Assembly: GCF_009914755.1 (NCBI RefSeq) | Contig: NC_060928.1 | Source of the DNA: the human T2T-CHM13v2.0 reference genome, Homo sapiens | Direction: 5' to 3' (one strand) | Length of the DNA stretch: 64,000 nt | Part shown: positions 1 through 13,730 of the stretch, piece after piece | Layout: every line of letters begins with the position of its first letter | How positions within the stretch are numbered: position 1 is the first letter of the stretch | Program-made: the position numbers and the translations under genes | Notes under the pieces: generated by a model | Databases searched by the model: none | Seen by the model: only the letters and a program-made list of their open reading frames with translations | Told to the model about the DNA's origin: nothing

Positions 1-2220
1 AGCCCAGAATGGAATAGAGAGAACTGACAGGGCCTTTGCAATCTACCAACATCTTTCTCCACAGAAGTATTAGTTGGCTGAAATACCTCCATGGAAGTCA
101 GAAAATGGCAGTTAAAGAAAAATGTAAAGCACCCAGAGCAATTAATTGATGCTTGAAGTAAAACTACAAGAGAAAGTCCAAGTAGAAATATTCAGTTAAC
201 AGACTCCAATCTTCTCCACATTGAAAGGCAAGTTTAATTTGCTGAATTTCATCCCATCGATGCCTTAAAACAAATAAGTGCCATTTAAAGAAAGGATTTC
301 AAAATTCTCCAATGATATCGATGCATTTACTCCTCATTTCCAGGCTTGTTAGATAAGGCAGATTGTCACCTCATCGTATCTGAAAGTAGTTTGGGCAAGA
401 TCTAAAGAAAAATATTTCCTGGACATTATTCTTTATATGACTTTTTCTTAAAGTACCAAGAGGCAGATATAAATATATCTTAAAAATAAACCAGAATGTA
501 TTAGTTGAATGCCTCTCCCATCCCAAGCTTTTGTCCTGCAAATTTTATAGTGTTTGGTTTAGTGACTTTCCTAAGAGACATAGTCTGAATCAATGGACCT
601 GATTCAGGAATCTCAGATCTCTGAGGTCAGAAAGTCCTGACTGACCTAGCCTTCCCAGACCTTGGATTTCAAGCTTCTAACTCAGGACCATATCTCATTT
701 GACTCTTTTACCTATAAGGCCCCTTCTTTCCTAGATCACTGCATTATTTTTCCAAGTTAAAGAAGTTGCTAAAGGCATGGGTTCATGAAGCTGCGGTCAA
801 GACTTGATCCTCAAATGGATACATTAGCTTCCCTCTGTGCCATGGGCACAAAAGCGCACCATCTTGGAACACCATTGTTTCAAAGAGGATGGAGTCAACA
901 AGCACGGATGAGTCAGCAGAAAGTTGCTTTCCTTCAAAGACTGCTTGTTATCTTTAGGATCATGTCCAAATCTCCTAGCATAGTAGAAAATACACGCCAT
1001 AATCTGCCTTTGTCAATATTTTCATCCTCTTCTTTCATCACTCTTTCATATGAACCCTGGGCTCCAGCCTTGCTCATATGCCTTCAGTTGCCAGAATGTT
1101 CCAGGTTCTTTCTTTTCCTTCTGACTTTTACACATGCTGTTTGCGGTTGCTGGGAATTTCTCGAAGAAGTAAAATGGCCTGTCCTCTGGGAAGCAAGTGC
1201 CAGGCAAAGTTAAGGATTTCCATTTTTGTACATCCATAGTACCTTGAAGTGTACTTCTTTAGAGTATAAGATATTTCATGAAATTTCTGTGCTTACGTGT
1301 TTCTCCCTCACTAAATTTGGGGCTCCTAGAGGTGAACTGGGCTTGTCACAATATAGGTGCTTAACAAGTGTTTACTAAGGGGAGGATTTGATTATTAGAA
1401 ATACAACCATAAGTGCATTTTATAATGACAGTGGACTAGCAAGCCTAATCTTTCTTACATAATTTTCCCTGTGGGCTTTAGATGTTCATCCTGTAGGTCC
1501 TTCAATTGTGGGTCTGGGCATCTGCTAATGACCCTTTAGAATCACATAGAAATAGTCTTATAAATTTAATAGTGAAAAAAATATTTAAAATTCTTAATAT
1601 TTTTATTATTTTATATTTGCATATAGTGTATCACATTAGTAAATCTGTACAGTATACAAGTGAGGTTCCATTTTGTTCCTGACCATCCATGAGAGGTCAT
1701 GGGAGAGAAATTCCTCAAGAACAGAATGCTCAGGTAGGTTGATGCTACTGCATTTGGTTTTTTTAAGCTGCAAATATGGAGGAAAGAATATTCCTGAATG
1801 TGTTATTGCATGATTTATGATCCTCTCAATCCTAAGAAGCAAATTAAAGTCTAGCAGATGGTTCTCCAAAGCCCTGTAACTATAGTTACATGTTTTAAAA
1901 GTCAGAAACATCTTAGTGAATTGTTATTGAATTGTAGAGCTTCTCCATGCCACAGAAAGGCTCTCCAACCCCCTGGCTCAGTTCCTGGCAGGAGCTTTCC
2001 CAGATGCCTGCGGCTGCCCTTCCCAGGCTGCTCTGGTGTCAAGGAACAAACCATGTAAGTAGCCTTGGTCCCATCGGATGGATGAGACTTGCTTGATATG
2101 GAGTAACTGACCCCCCTGGAATGTAAATTCATGCGGAGATGGATTTTAGTTGGTTTTGTTCATGGAAGTACCCCAGGCCTTTGATTCGTGCTGGCACAGA
2201 GTAGGGATACAATAACTGTT

Positions 2221-2259
2221 AATGAATGAATGAATGAATGAATGAATGAATGAATGAAT
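2221..2259 (+). repeat. (AATG)n microsatellite forming the tail of an L2 3' fragment
   Basis: Nine AATG units plus AAT, directly after an L2-like 3' end (tgctggcacagagtaggg...caataactgtt). Confidence 0.9.
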
Positions 2260-3812
2260 AGTCCTGGGAGTCTGACCTCTCAGGGGTGCCTCTGTGTGAC
2301 TATCATGCCCCTGTGTGTTCCCCAAGCACTGAGAAGTGCTTGCTGGGAGGAACTGGATCATCGAACTCCTGGGCCTGAGCTCTGAAGAGTACAGGTCGGC
2401 TCCTCTCTCAACCCAGGACTCAGCCCAGTCTTGCCCAGATTCCCATTTGAGCTTCATTCACATGATGGAAATCCATTCTTCTTAGTCTCCTGAGAACACC
2501 ATTTACTTCCCTAAGGCTAGAGATGGCTGCTGTTTGCTTTGCCAACCCATTGAACTTCCATATTCCACAAATGATGCTCAGTAGCACCTGCCTCCTCTCT
2601 GGGGTATAATAGCATGTCCTGGCCCTTTCTCGAACCCTGCTTCCCTGTGGTTACACAGCCATGCCTGTCCAGCAAGCCCTGAGATAGGATCAGCTTTGAG
2701 AGAAATCATGAGCCTACTGATGCCCTGGCACTGAAGCAAATAAGATCATCTGAGAGTTACTGACACATCCATATAATTGGACACTTGAGCTATTTCTTTA
2801 CATTGGTTGATCCATTTTTCTGAGTCAGTTCTCCTTGCTTGAGACATAAAATCCCAAGCCCTGGAAGACTCAGCTTCTCCCTTTCAATGGAGTTTTTTCA
2901 GTCAAGACACTTTAGAGATTACCAAGGGTCATTTTAATCAAAATGAAAGACATCTCTTATTAAGATGGCTTTGCTGACAAATAATTAAGATGTATTACTA
3001 GCATATACTTATCCCAGATGGCTCATTGGTGTCCATTTGAAGTAAGCATATGAAGCCCATAGTCCACGCCTCAGCTCTTTAAAAGCAATTTATAACCTAA
3101 CTCACCATCCTAACTACCTGAGAAGATTTTAATCCTAAACCTGTCACCACCCATTATTTTCACAGGGTCCTGACAGTTCTACATTAAAACAGTTTATAAG
3201 TAAAAGTTAACAAGGCCTAAAGAGAGTGATTTATGTTTTACTGAGTGAAACAGTCAACTTTCTTTCCCTGGCCAAAGATAGCCCAGAGCTCTCTGTGGGC
3301 TGAAGGGAGAAAATTATCTCGGAAAGATGAATGGCTTGTGCCTTTGGGCAGGTGGCTGATGTGTGGTCCTGGGCCCAAGTCCCAGGCATCAAGTAAAGCT
3401 TATTGATGTGAGGACCAAGTGCAGCACCTCCTCCCTCCCCATTCCTTTTTGGCATCACCACCCTCCTGGGTCTATGTCATCTCTCAGGTATTTGGTGGTA
3501 TGAAGGAAATGTTAACTTTCCTCTTTATAAAATGTTGACGACTCAGAAATTATCCATGATTCATCAAAACCAACAGTGAGGAGTTGTAAATCGGTCCCAT
3601 TTGCCACTGACAATTATGGATGGGTGAGTCAGAGGAGGCAGGAGAGGTGTTTATGAAATAGACCCATATCCCAAAAAACCATACCTTAGGGAAGACAGAG
3701 CAGCCGAATGCTTTCTCTCTTTAAACTTGAGCTCCCTTCCCTGGTGTCCTGACGAACCCACCTTCTGAAAAGCTGTCTTTTCTGTAAAGGGACATCCCGC
3801 TCCCACCCCAGT

Positions 3813-4216
3813 TGTATTAGTTTGCCCAGGTTGCCATAACAAAATTCTACAGACCAGGTGGCTTACACAACAGGAATTTATCTTCTCACAGTTCTGGAGA
3901 CTGGAAGTCCAAGATCAAGGTGTTGGCAGATGGGATTTCTTCTGAGGCCTCATTCATTGGCTTGCAGACGGCCGCCTTCTCACTGCGTCCTCACATGGTC
4001 TTTCCTCTGTGCACACACACATCCCTGCTGTCTCTGTGCATTCAAATTTTCTCTTCTTATGACTCCAGTCAGATTGGATTAGGGCCCACCCTAATGGCCT
4101 CATTTTAACATATTCACTCCCTTAAATGTCCTGTCTCCAAATACAGTCACATTGAAGTAGTGGGAGTTAGGGCTCTGGGGGGGAATTTGGGGAGGATGTA
4201 GTTCAGCCCATTATAC
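3813..4216 (-). mobile_element. MaLR solo LTR, MLT1B-like
   Basis: tgtattagtttgccc...gccataacaaa...cacagttctggagactggaagtccaagatcaaggtg...ggattagggcccaccctaatg...ttcagcccat matches the reverse complement of the MLT1A-C consensus. Confidence 0.85.
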
Positions 4217-6640
4217 CAATTGACTGCAGAAGCACTCCAGCTGAAAAATATCTACAGAGGAAGTACATTGAGGAGTTTCTCTAACACTTGATGTGGCCAA
4301 AATAATCTCATTTTGAGGAATAAATATAACACTCTTTGCAAAAGGAAACAGAAATGCCACCTTAGAAAGGAAGCTATCAAAGAACTGAAAAACAGCTCAG
4401 CAAAACAAACTCCTTTCGAGGACATTAATTTCATTTCCTTCCTTTGATGCAGCATAGATCAAGTCTCTCTCTTTCTTTTTCTTTTTAAAAGAAAAAGGGG
4501 GCTTCTCCTTTCTCATTTTATTCAAAGATACCATTAAAGCAACAACCTCTCTTTGCCACAACTGCATTCCATTTTTGGCACCCAACTTTCTAAATGTGAA
4601 CAGAAACTAATTTAGGGTGCTCAGTCTGAAGCTGGTATGGAAGGTATTTCTCCATCCGTTATTTCAAGTTATAATAAGCCAGTGTGATTGGAGTTGCTCC
4701 CAAGAGAAGCAGGCCATAATATTTTCACTGTCACCATGATCACAGACTAAGATAAGAGGCCAACATGCTATTTTTACTCCCTATTTTTTACTCGTGGTGT
4801 TAAATACAAGGAGAACAAGTGAAAAACAAACTACCTTGGCCCCCGCCGCAGAGTACAAAACATCCAACCTTTTCTTTTTCCAAGCCGGCCACGATGTACG
4901 TCAAGGATGACACAGATACTATTGAGGTGATCTGGTGCTGAAGAGATGCCTCTTAATTGTGTTTGCAGCGCAGAGCAGAAAGCATGCCCATTCGAGGTAC
5001 TTGTTGTATCATTTTTAAATCAAGGCCATCTTTTTCTCAGTGGTAAACGTGAAATGTTTTTAAAGGCCAGACTTAGCATAAAAATCTATTGGTTGCCATG
5101 GATACCACTTACCACACAGGACTGCACTCTTGTGTTCAACTGTGTGATTTTCTCTATTCAAAGGTTCAGCATTGTCAAAAAACAAATTACTTTTTCTGTT
5201 GTTTATCTCAAAGTTCATTATGGGAAAGGCAATAAATAAGAAGATATTCATGTATGGAGGGGAGTGACGTGGGGAGTCACTTGGGCGCCATGCCTTAAAA
5301 TTTGGTATTTTACTATAATTATAGCCAAATTGGCTATTGTTAGGAAATAAAATGCATTTTGATCTTTTTTGTGTATGTGAATGTAAAGTAAAGCAGGTAC
5401 TTGGAAATCTGTTCCCAACAAAATTACATGGTAATAAGGCTTTTCACACCTACACAGCACTTAGTTACAAAGCTCTGAAAGAAGCAGATTAAGCCCTGAT
5501 GGGTTTGAAACTTGGTACCTGAGGCTTGTGGCTTTCCACTTTATCAGAGAAACTGTGGGTTCGGGACCTCATGCTTGCTGAATTATTCATGCCATCTTTC
5601 CATCATACATCTTTTAGGGGTGGAACCCATTAGGCTGCTATTATTAAGCATGCGGGTCCACCCTGTCCTGACACAGCCCAGAAGCCTGCACCACTGCCCT
5701 TGGCTAACTAGCTTGAATATTTGCAGCTGGCCACGCCTTCCCCTCCCCACTTCTTCCCTTCCACCTCTGCTCCTGAAGGAAAAGTGGGGGGAAAAAACCC
5801 ACAGGGAATTTACATAAGTAGCAAAAGGGAGTTTCTCACATTACTGGAGGGTATTCAAAGGTAATTTGTTATCAGCAAGTTCCCATTGGCTAAAGCCTGG
5901 TGTATTTTGCTATAACTCCCAATTAATCAAGGAATGCCCGGAACATTGACTTGTTACTTACTTAAGATGCTTTTCCATCACCTCTCCAGCACTTTTTAGA
6001 CTCCTTCATTTGGGTGATTTGCATAACAATGAGGTAAAGGGGAGACCTTAATGAAGGCATCTGTTTTTGAATGTGCTTGTGGTATTGGGTGCCTGTAATA
6101 ACAGCCTGGAGGGGGCTGGAATTCTCATTTGGGTTCACGGTAAAGCAGTATACTGATGGCTGCTAATATGCAAATTCCAACTTGTCACCACAGTTATGCC
6201 TATAGCTGGTGGAATTGTCAAGGCTGCAGAGTAACAGTTGAATTGTGGCTGGGCATAACCCACTTGCAAGATGCACTGGTAATTAATTTACATATTGCAA
6301 ACATAAAAACAAGACAAAATAAAAGTGAGAATGCCCAAGGAAAGCTCAAGCGGTATTGGTAGTCTCCTCACTGTGCACTTGCCCTTGTGGGAAACTGACT
6401 GGGCCTGTCTTGGAGCTTTAGGTCTGTACCAAGGAAACAGAGGCGAGAGCCCTACAGTAGGAGTTTCACTGGCTGGAAATCGGAAGAGGTGGCTGTGAAA
6501 CAGACACAAGGAAGGAAGGGTAGTAACTGTTTTATTCATAGATGTATCTCAGTCCCTACACATTGTCTGGCACATGGTAAATACACAAGATATATTTGTT
6601 ATTGAGTTAAACAATAGGCAGTACTGAGAGATAGTTGTAT

Positions 6641-7363
6641 TGTTACTGGTGGCGAATCCACGTGGGTCTGTAGCAACCTCAGTTCTGGCCTCCTCAGAAG
6701 AAAGCATTTGACTGAGGGGCATAAGGCAGAATGAGAGACCAAGGCAAGTTTTAGAGCAGGAGTGAAAGTTTATTAAAAAGTTTAGAACAGCAACGAAAGG
6801 AAGTAAAGTACACTTGGAAGAGGGCCAAGTGGGTGAACTGAGAAATCAAGTACGTGGTTTGACCTTTGACTTCGGGTGTTATATGTTAGCATGCTTCTGG
6901 GGGATTGCGTCCCTTCTCCTCTGGTTCTTCTCTTGGGGTGGGCTGTCCGCATGTGCAGTGGCCTGCCAGTACTTGGGAGGGGAGCATGCACAGTATATTT
7001 ACTGGAGTTGTATGCATGCTCATTTGAGGCGTTCTCCCCTTACCAGTTCCTCCCTTACCAGTTAGAATGTTCCTAGAAGGTCATGTGCCAGTTAAACTCC
7101 ATCATTTTTCCTCTTAGTGCACATGCTTGAGAGCCCACTCACCCAATTCCTGAGAGCTTATTGGGAAGCTGATGACCACTTTCAGGTTTTTCTATCTATT
7201 GGGAGACTGCCTTTCCCTGGTGCCGTGACCAATTATTATTTTAGAGAAGCAGTTTAACAACCACTTGACCTTCACCTGATGGTTGCCTGACATTCCTGGT
7301 TGGGGGCCTCTCCTGCCCTGCTCATGTCTGACTAGCTATCTACTGTAGCTATCTACCATAACA
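6641..7363 (-). mobile_element. ERV1 solo LTR, MER50-like
   Basis: TGTTA...TAACA termini and a perfect 4-bp TSD GTAT (6637-6640 / 7364-7367). Carries cctgacattcctgg...ctctcctgccctgctcatgtctg and a minus-strand AATAAA (tttatt near 6768). Confidence 0.85.
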
Positions 7364-7689
7364 GTATCAGTTAAACATATCTTTGTGGCAAGCAACAAAC
7401 ACCAACTTTGGTTAGCTTATGCAGAGATGGTACTTTTAGCCTTGCCATGGAGAAAAGTGAAAAACGAGACAACAGGAATCAGGGCAGTTTCAGGAGTCTA
7501 GAAGGAAGAAATCAATGGAGGATAGCTTCAAGATGCTGCCACTGGGATGGGGTAGCTCCAACTTTGTTCAGCCTTTTTGCCATTCTGCCCAAGATTCAAA
7601 TTTTGAGGAAGAGTATCTTTTACCTTAGTTTGGGTTATATGTCCACCTCTTAACTAGAATTTACCTGGAGCACTTGGGGCATGAGCTTG

Positions 7690-8045
7690 GCTAGAAACTA
7701 CAAGTCCCAGCCTCCCTTGCAGCCAAGTGTAGTCACGAGATGAAGTTCTCGCCAATGGAATTTGAGTTAAAGTAATATACAGCTGTTTACAGGCCTGGAC
7801 CTAAAGACACAGAGTGGGCACTCTTCCATGCTCTATTTCCTTTCTGCTGGACAGAAATGGCAAAGCCTGGGACAACCATGGAACCATGTGTTCAGGATGG
7901 CAGAGCTTCCCCCATAGCCTAGGTCCCTGCGTGACTATGTGGAGCAGAACCTATCTACCGGCTCTGGGTTGTTAAGACAACTAACCTTTTATCTTGTTTG
8001 AGGTGTTACATTTTGGGGTCTCTGTGTTATGGCTACTAAGCCTTC
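7690..8045 (+). mobile_element. Old MaLR LTR, MLT1J/I-like
   Basis: cccagcctcccttgcag...gccaatggaat...ccatgtgttcaggatggcagagc...gtgactatgtggagcaga...ttttggggtctctgtgtta. Confidence 0.65.
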
Positions 8046-9651
8046 ATTTTTTCTAATATTAGAGGTGGGAAGAGAAGCATCATTCCCCATCCCAGCCAAG
8101 CAATCTCTGAGGTTCCTTTCATCAGAAGAAGGAGAAATAAATATTTGGAAGCAAACATAATAAATGCCCACTGCAATAGTTGTTGTTATTGGCAACATGA
8201 TCATTGTGCACAGGCTACATTCAGTATGAGTATTCCCAGCTCCTGCTCACAGACTATCTGGTTTGAAATTTCTAACCAGGAAGTGCCTCTTTCTTTGCCA
8301 CTCACACGCATGACTTGGTAGCTTGCCCCAAGCTACCAAGTGTGGTACAGCTCTCCTCCACTTACTGAAATGCCAATCGCAGAATCCCTCATTTAAGGGA
8401 CTGGTGGTGAATTAAGTCACAATTTACTATAAAATGAAAGGAATTTAAATTTTGTGCCTGCCCTCTTGTCTCTGTAGCTACCACCACTTGTGATACAGAC
8501 TAATCTTTAACACTGATGAGCACATGCCCAGCCTCAACAAGCACCATTTTGTCCTAACGACTCTTAAGGAGAAGTCATTGCCAGTGAAATAAACAACTCA
8601 TTAGTTTGGGGACAGCACGATCAGCAGAAGCATGGACTCCTAATTTGTATTTTTATTTTGTGATTTATTTCCAATCAATCAGCAAGTACTTATCGATTGC
8701 TTACTATGTGCCTATCCATGCTTTCATTTTGAGTAGAATAATGTATTGTTTTCAAACTGAGTATTGTTCTTAGTATTTAATGAAACATATTGGATTTTTT
8801 TTCCTGGTTGAAATACAGACACACACTCATATACTTTAACTCTTGCTGCAGTGTTAGTGGTAACTTTTCTACTTCATGCTGGAAATCAAAAGGAAAATGA
8901 AATTTTATTTCAAATAATTTCATTCTTGAGTAAACTTTTTCTGGAATGTGCTTATTTCACTGATAATGGCTTTATTTTTTTCCTCTTTCTTCAATTTACT
9001 TGTATTCCATTCCTGTACCAATCTGTGTACCCACATTTTGGCATGACACAAATTTGAGACCTTTCATTATTAACTGTGCAGGTTGTTTAACCAGTTCAGG
9101 GTTCTTTTCAAATGAGAGTTAGACTTACTCATCTCTCTGTTCACTTCCCACTCTCAGCCTACAAATCTTTTAGATATGGTCTTTCCTGCTTTGCCCAAGT
9201 ACCTGGTTCTGATCAGGCCAGATTTGATCATCAGTGTCTACACACAAAACCTTCTAGACTGCTCAGCCATCCCCAATCTTTAGATTTTCCTTGGCCATTG
9301 GCCTGCTGACCCACCTGGGGAATGGCTTGCTCCCCACCCCAAAAAGAAAAACAGAAATCACTCCAATGCTTCAACATTCTAGCAGAAAGGTGCAATTCTG
9401 ACCAGAAGGAGAGAGTCGGTCCTTTAGTGTAAGAAAAACCATCTTATGAGCTTTCCTTATGCAGAGATGGGTAGAATCTCATCTAGGGAACAGACTTAGA
9501 CAAAAAGAAATTATGGGTTGTTGGGGGTAGTATTTCTTGGTTTATTGAAAAGGAATGGGTACTTGTGTTGAGGGAAGTCTGGAGCCAGAAGAAAAGTTAA
9601 GATAGAGAGTCTAAAGGAGAACATTCCATGACAGAACTGTTTCATATCTTT

Positions 9652-10088
9652 GCATCCAATATGGTGACTATTAGCCACAAGTGGCTATTGAGCACTTTTA
9701 CTTTTATTTAATTGTAATTCATTTCAATTTAAATAGTCATACATAGCCAGGCACAGTGGCTCACACCTGTAATCCCAGCACTTTGGGAGGCCGAGGCAGG
9801 CAGATCATCTGAGGTCAGGAGTTCGAGACCAAAGTAGCCAACATGGTGAAACCCCGTCTCTACCAAAAACACACAAAAAATTAGCTGGGCATGGTGGTAC
9901 ATGCCTGTAATCCCAGCCACTTGGGAGTCTGAGGCAGGAGAATTGCTTGAACCTGGAGGATGGAGATTGCAGTGAAGTCGAGATCATGCCACTGCACACC
10001 AGCCTGGGGGACAGAGACTCTGTCTCAAAAAAATAAAAAAATAAAAATTCACACATGTGGCTAGTGACTACTGTTTTGGACCATGCAG
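9652..10088. mobile_element. MER3 hAT-Charlie MITE split by an Alu
   Basis: Left arm tccaatatggtgactattagccacaagtggctattgagcactt and right arm cacatgtggctagtgactactgttttggac flank the Alu. Confidence 0.8.
9746..10047 (+). mobile_element. Alu, AluS family, full length
   Basis: gccaggcacagtggctcacacctgtaatcccagcactttgggagg start, two monomers, A-rich linker and poly-A tail. Confidence 0.97.
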
Positions 10089-10933
10089 ATCTAGGTAAAG
10101 AGCCTCAGCAAATCCAAGATGAAGCCTTAGAAACAGCCAGTGAGAGACTGCCTGAAGTAAGGACGGTAAAAAGACTGGCTTTCTGCCCTGTATCGTGACA
10201 GTCTGCTCTATAGCATTGGGAATGGAAAGAGGAAGGAACACGAATGGAATACTGGGAGGGGAGGAATCAGAGGCCTTGACAGGTCCTTTTAACCTTAGTA
10301 TCCAAAAAGGTTATGACTTAGATTAAGCCAATGAAAACAGAGGCTCGGTAGAGTTAGAAGCGGGCCCAGGAAGGACAATGAAGGTCTGATCTACAGTTAA
10401 ATAGGGGCAAACTAGGTGAAGAATGAGGCTGGGCTTGTATTGCATGCTGTTAATATCTCTGTAGGACAAACGCCCACCTGCTGCAGTTCCACAGCAGAGC
10501 TTTGGAAGATGTAGTGGGGAGGGCAGGTCTGCTGGAGACCCACAGGGCAGAGGCCAGCTTCCCTGAGCCCACTTTTGGGACAGAAACATTAATCCCCTGA
10601 GTGGTGGAAGTAGGAGGTTACTCAACAGAGGTGACCCCTCCCTTCGGAAGCTGACAAATGTTGCCTTTGTCCCAGGAAGCCCTCCCCTGGAGTGCTCCAA
10701 TCTGTTCATTACCCCCACCCTCATCATCATCATCTTCCTCCTAGTATGGCCTGCATACTTACAGAAAGGATATGAGCAAACTCACTTAACACCCACAGGA
10801 TGAACTTGCAGCTACTGTGGTTGCCTGATAAATTAGGAGGCAAATCAGTCTGAGCACCCACTCATAGGTACCTGAGGCTTCAAAGTAGCACAGTGCAATG
10901 CAGGCCTTTCGGGTGCCCTCCAAGTGTCTAGAC

Positions 10934-11417
10934 CAGGGGTCCCCAACCCCTGGGCCACAGACTGGGTCAGTGGCTGGTTAGGAACCAGGTCACACAGCAG
11001 GAGGTGAGTGGCGGGCAAGCAAGCATTACCACCTGAGCTCCACCTCCTGTCAGATCAGCAGGGCATTCAATTCTCTTAGGAGCATGAACCCTACTGTGAA
11101 CTGCATATGGGAGGGATCTAGGTTGCATTCTCCTTATGAGAATCTAATGCCTGAGAATCTATCACTGTCTCCCATCACGCCCAGATGGAACCATCTAGTT
11201 GCAGGAAAACAAGCTCAGGGCTCCCACTGATTCTACAGTATGGTGAGTTGTATAATTATTTCATTATATATTACAATGTAATAATAATAGCAATAAAGTG
11301 CACAATAAATGTAATGCACTTGAGTTATCCTGAAACCATCCCCATCCCCCACCCTGGTCCAGGAAAAAATTCTTTTCCATGTAACCAGTCTCTGGTGCCA
11401 AAAGGGTTAGAGAATCA
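10934..11417 (+). mobile_element. MER1A hAT-Charlie element
   Basis: caggggtccccaacccctggg terminus; ggatctaggttgc...ccttatgagaatctaatgcctga; MER1A-type internal part ctgtctcccatcac...tatggtgagttgtataattatttcattatatattacaatg. Confidence 0.88.
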
Positions 11418-12324
11418 AAACACCCTCTCTTAGCAGAAAGGCCCAGGGCTATCTCCAACACAAAGGCCTTTGCTCCTCTTCCCACCTGTGAAATATCTTC
11501 TCTGGCTCTCTGCTTACAAGAGGCTAGTCCCAATGTGGGTACACAGCTCCAGTTCCTCCTGAACCCCGGTGCTGAAAAACAGAGGGCTTGGCTCCCCAGG
11601 CTGCCAAATCTAGTACTCTCATGAACACTACATTGGCTTAATTATTTTAATTGAAAAAAATAGGCGACTAATGATTACAGCTCTCTCAGCCAATACATAA
11701 TGGAGCCGTGAAGCTAAAAGAACTGAGGTCCACTGTGAGTTTTTAAAGCCTTGTTATTTCAGAATGGCTTTCATGTTTGGGTTGGACCAGGGAGCTGCCA
11801 CCCTTCGGGGAGGGATAGTTAACATAGTTGATGTCAATTCATTCCTTTTGCTTTTCATGGAAAACCCACCCCACGGGTCTGCCTGAGTCAAAAGTGTTCT
11901 GGAGTGCTTATGATTTCTTGCTCAAGAAAAAGAATAGCCTTTTGCATAATTCTCAGAGTAAGCAAAATGACTCTCCAGCACATCTTGGAAAATTCCGAGA
12001 TACACAATGCATAAGACGAATAGAGATCCCAGCAAGCAAGCCGTGATAAGGAGGTGTGTGGCATTCCACGCCAGTCTCCTGCCTGTGCAGTGACATAAAA
12101 GCCCAGTTAGTGCTGCGTAACGGCTGTATTTTTCTTGTCTACAAATTCCAGTTGTATGAAAGCGGAACGCAACAAGGAAACCCCATGTCTGCCAATAATG
12201 GAAATTGTTTGAGATTTCTGAAGAATTGGTGAACAAGAGGGGGCTGCACTGAGGTAGCTTTGGGAGTTCATGTCTTGCCTGAAGATTTGGACACAGATGT
12301 GTTGTTCTTAACTTAGCAGCCTCA

Positions 12325-12805
<481 letters not shown>

Positions 12806-13730
12806 TTACTACCACATCCTGAGTTCTGCCCAGAAGACTTTAGAAGGCCAGAGCAGAGACACATTAGTAAGAAGCTTCCACCTCTGAATCAAGGCATCTT
12901 CCACAAGGAGACTCTCAATTGTCCTTCCACTTGCTGCCCTCTCACCTTCTAGATCTCAGATTGTTGGGGGAGTGGTGGGGACATGGGGCTTAGTATATAG
13001 CATTATGTCTAGTTTTGCAGATGAGGACATTGGGGCTTAAAAAATGCAAATGCCTGAGGCTGTGATCTACCAAACAGCAGAGGCAGAATGCAGACCTAGC
13101 CTCTTGAAGTCATGTTCAGTGTCCTTCTTTACCTGCCACCTCCTCTGCAGATGCGCTCAGCTCTGACCTTCAACTTGCCCTTTTGGCCTCTACCTTGCTT
13201 TGCCCTTCGATGTATCGATCTGGCTCCCAATAGCCTGCTTGTCTCAGCCTCCAGTGTCCACCCACACCCCTGCCTCTGCTTACAGTACTGCTTGGGAAAG
13301 GCAGTTGCTGGTTTCCCTGTTTCTAAACTCCTGACAATCTGCCTGGTTTCAGACCTCAACTTCAGTCCAGGTCTGACCATGTTGGGTTTTGGCTGTTTCT
13401 GTGCTTTATGGTCATGTTTGCTAGAGGACTGCCCATGAAGCTGGGCCCTGTTTGGTGGGAGCTATGCCAGACAGCAGGCAATCAGGCAATGACCACTCCA
13501 AGATGCTGGACCAGATGGGAGAGGCAAAGTCAGAAGCCAAGGAATAGAGCCAAAGGTGCATCAGGGGTAGGAACCCATGCATAGGTCAGCAGGGTGTGAG
13601 CCAAGGAAACGTGCTAGGCAAAGGCAGATGAAATGGGGTGGTTCTGGAGGTCATTCCATGAGCTCTGGCCATCTACCATGGAGTATTCTGTGAAAACATG
13701 GCTGAGCTTGTTTTACTAGTATTTCAACCA

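Noticed and set aside
785-1213. 142-aa ORF, and the other non-repeat ORFs of 60-160 aa such as 29409-29888 and 35395-35847
   Set aside because: No recognisable domain and no consistent exon structure; lengths are as expected by chance in 64 kb.
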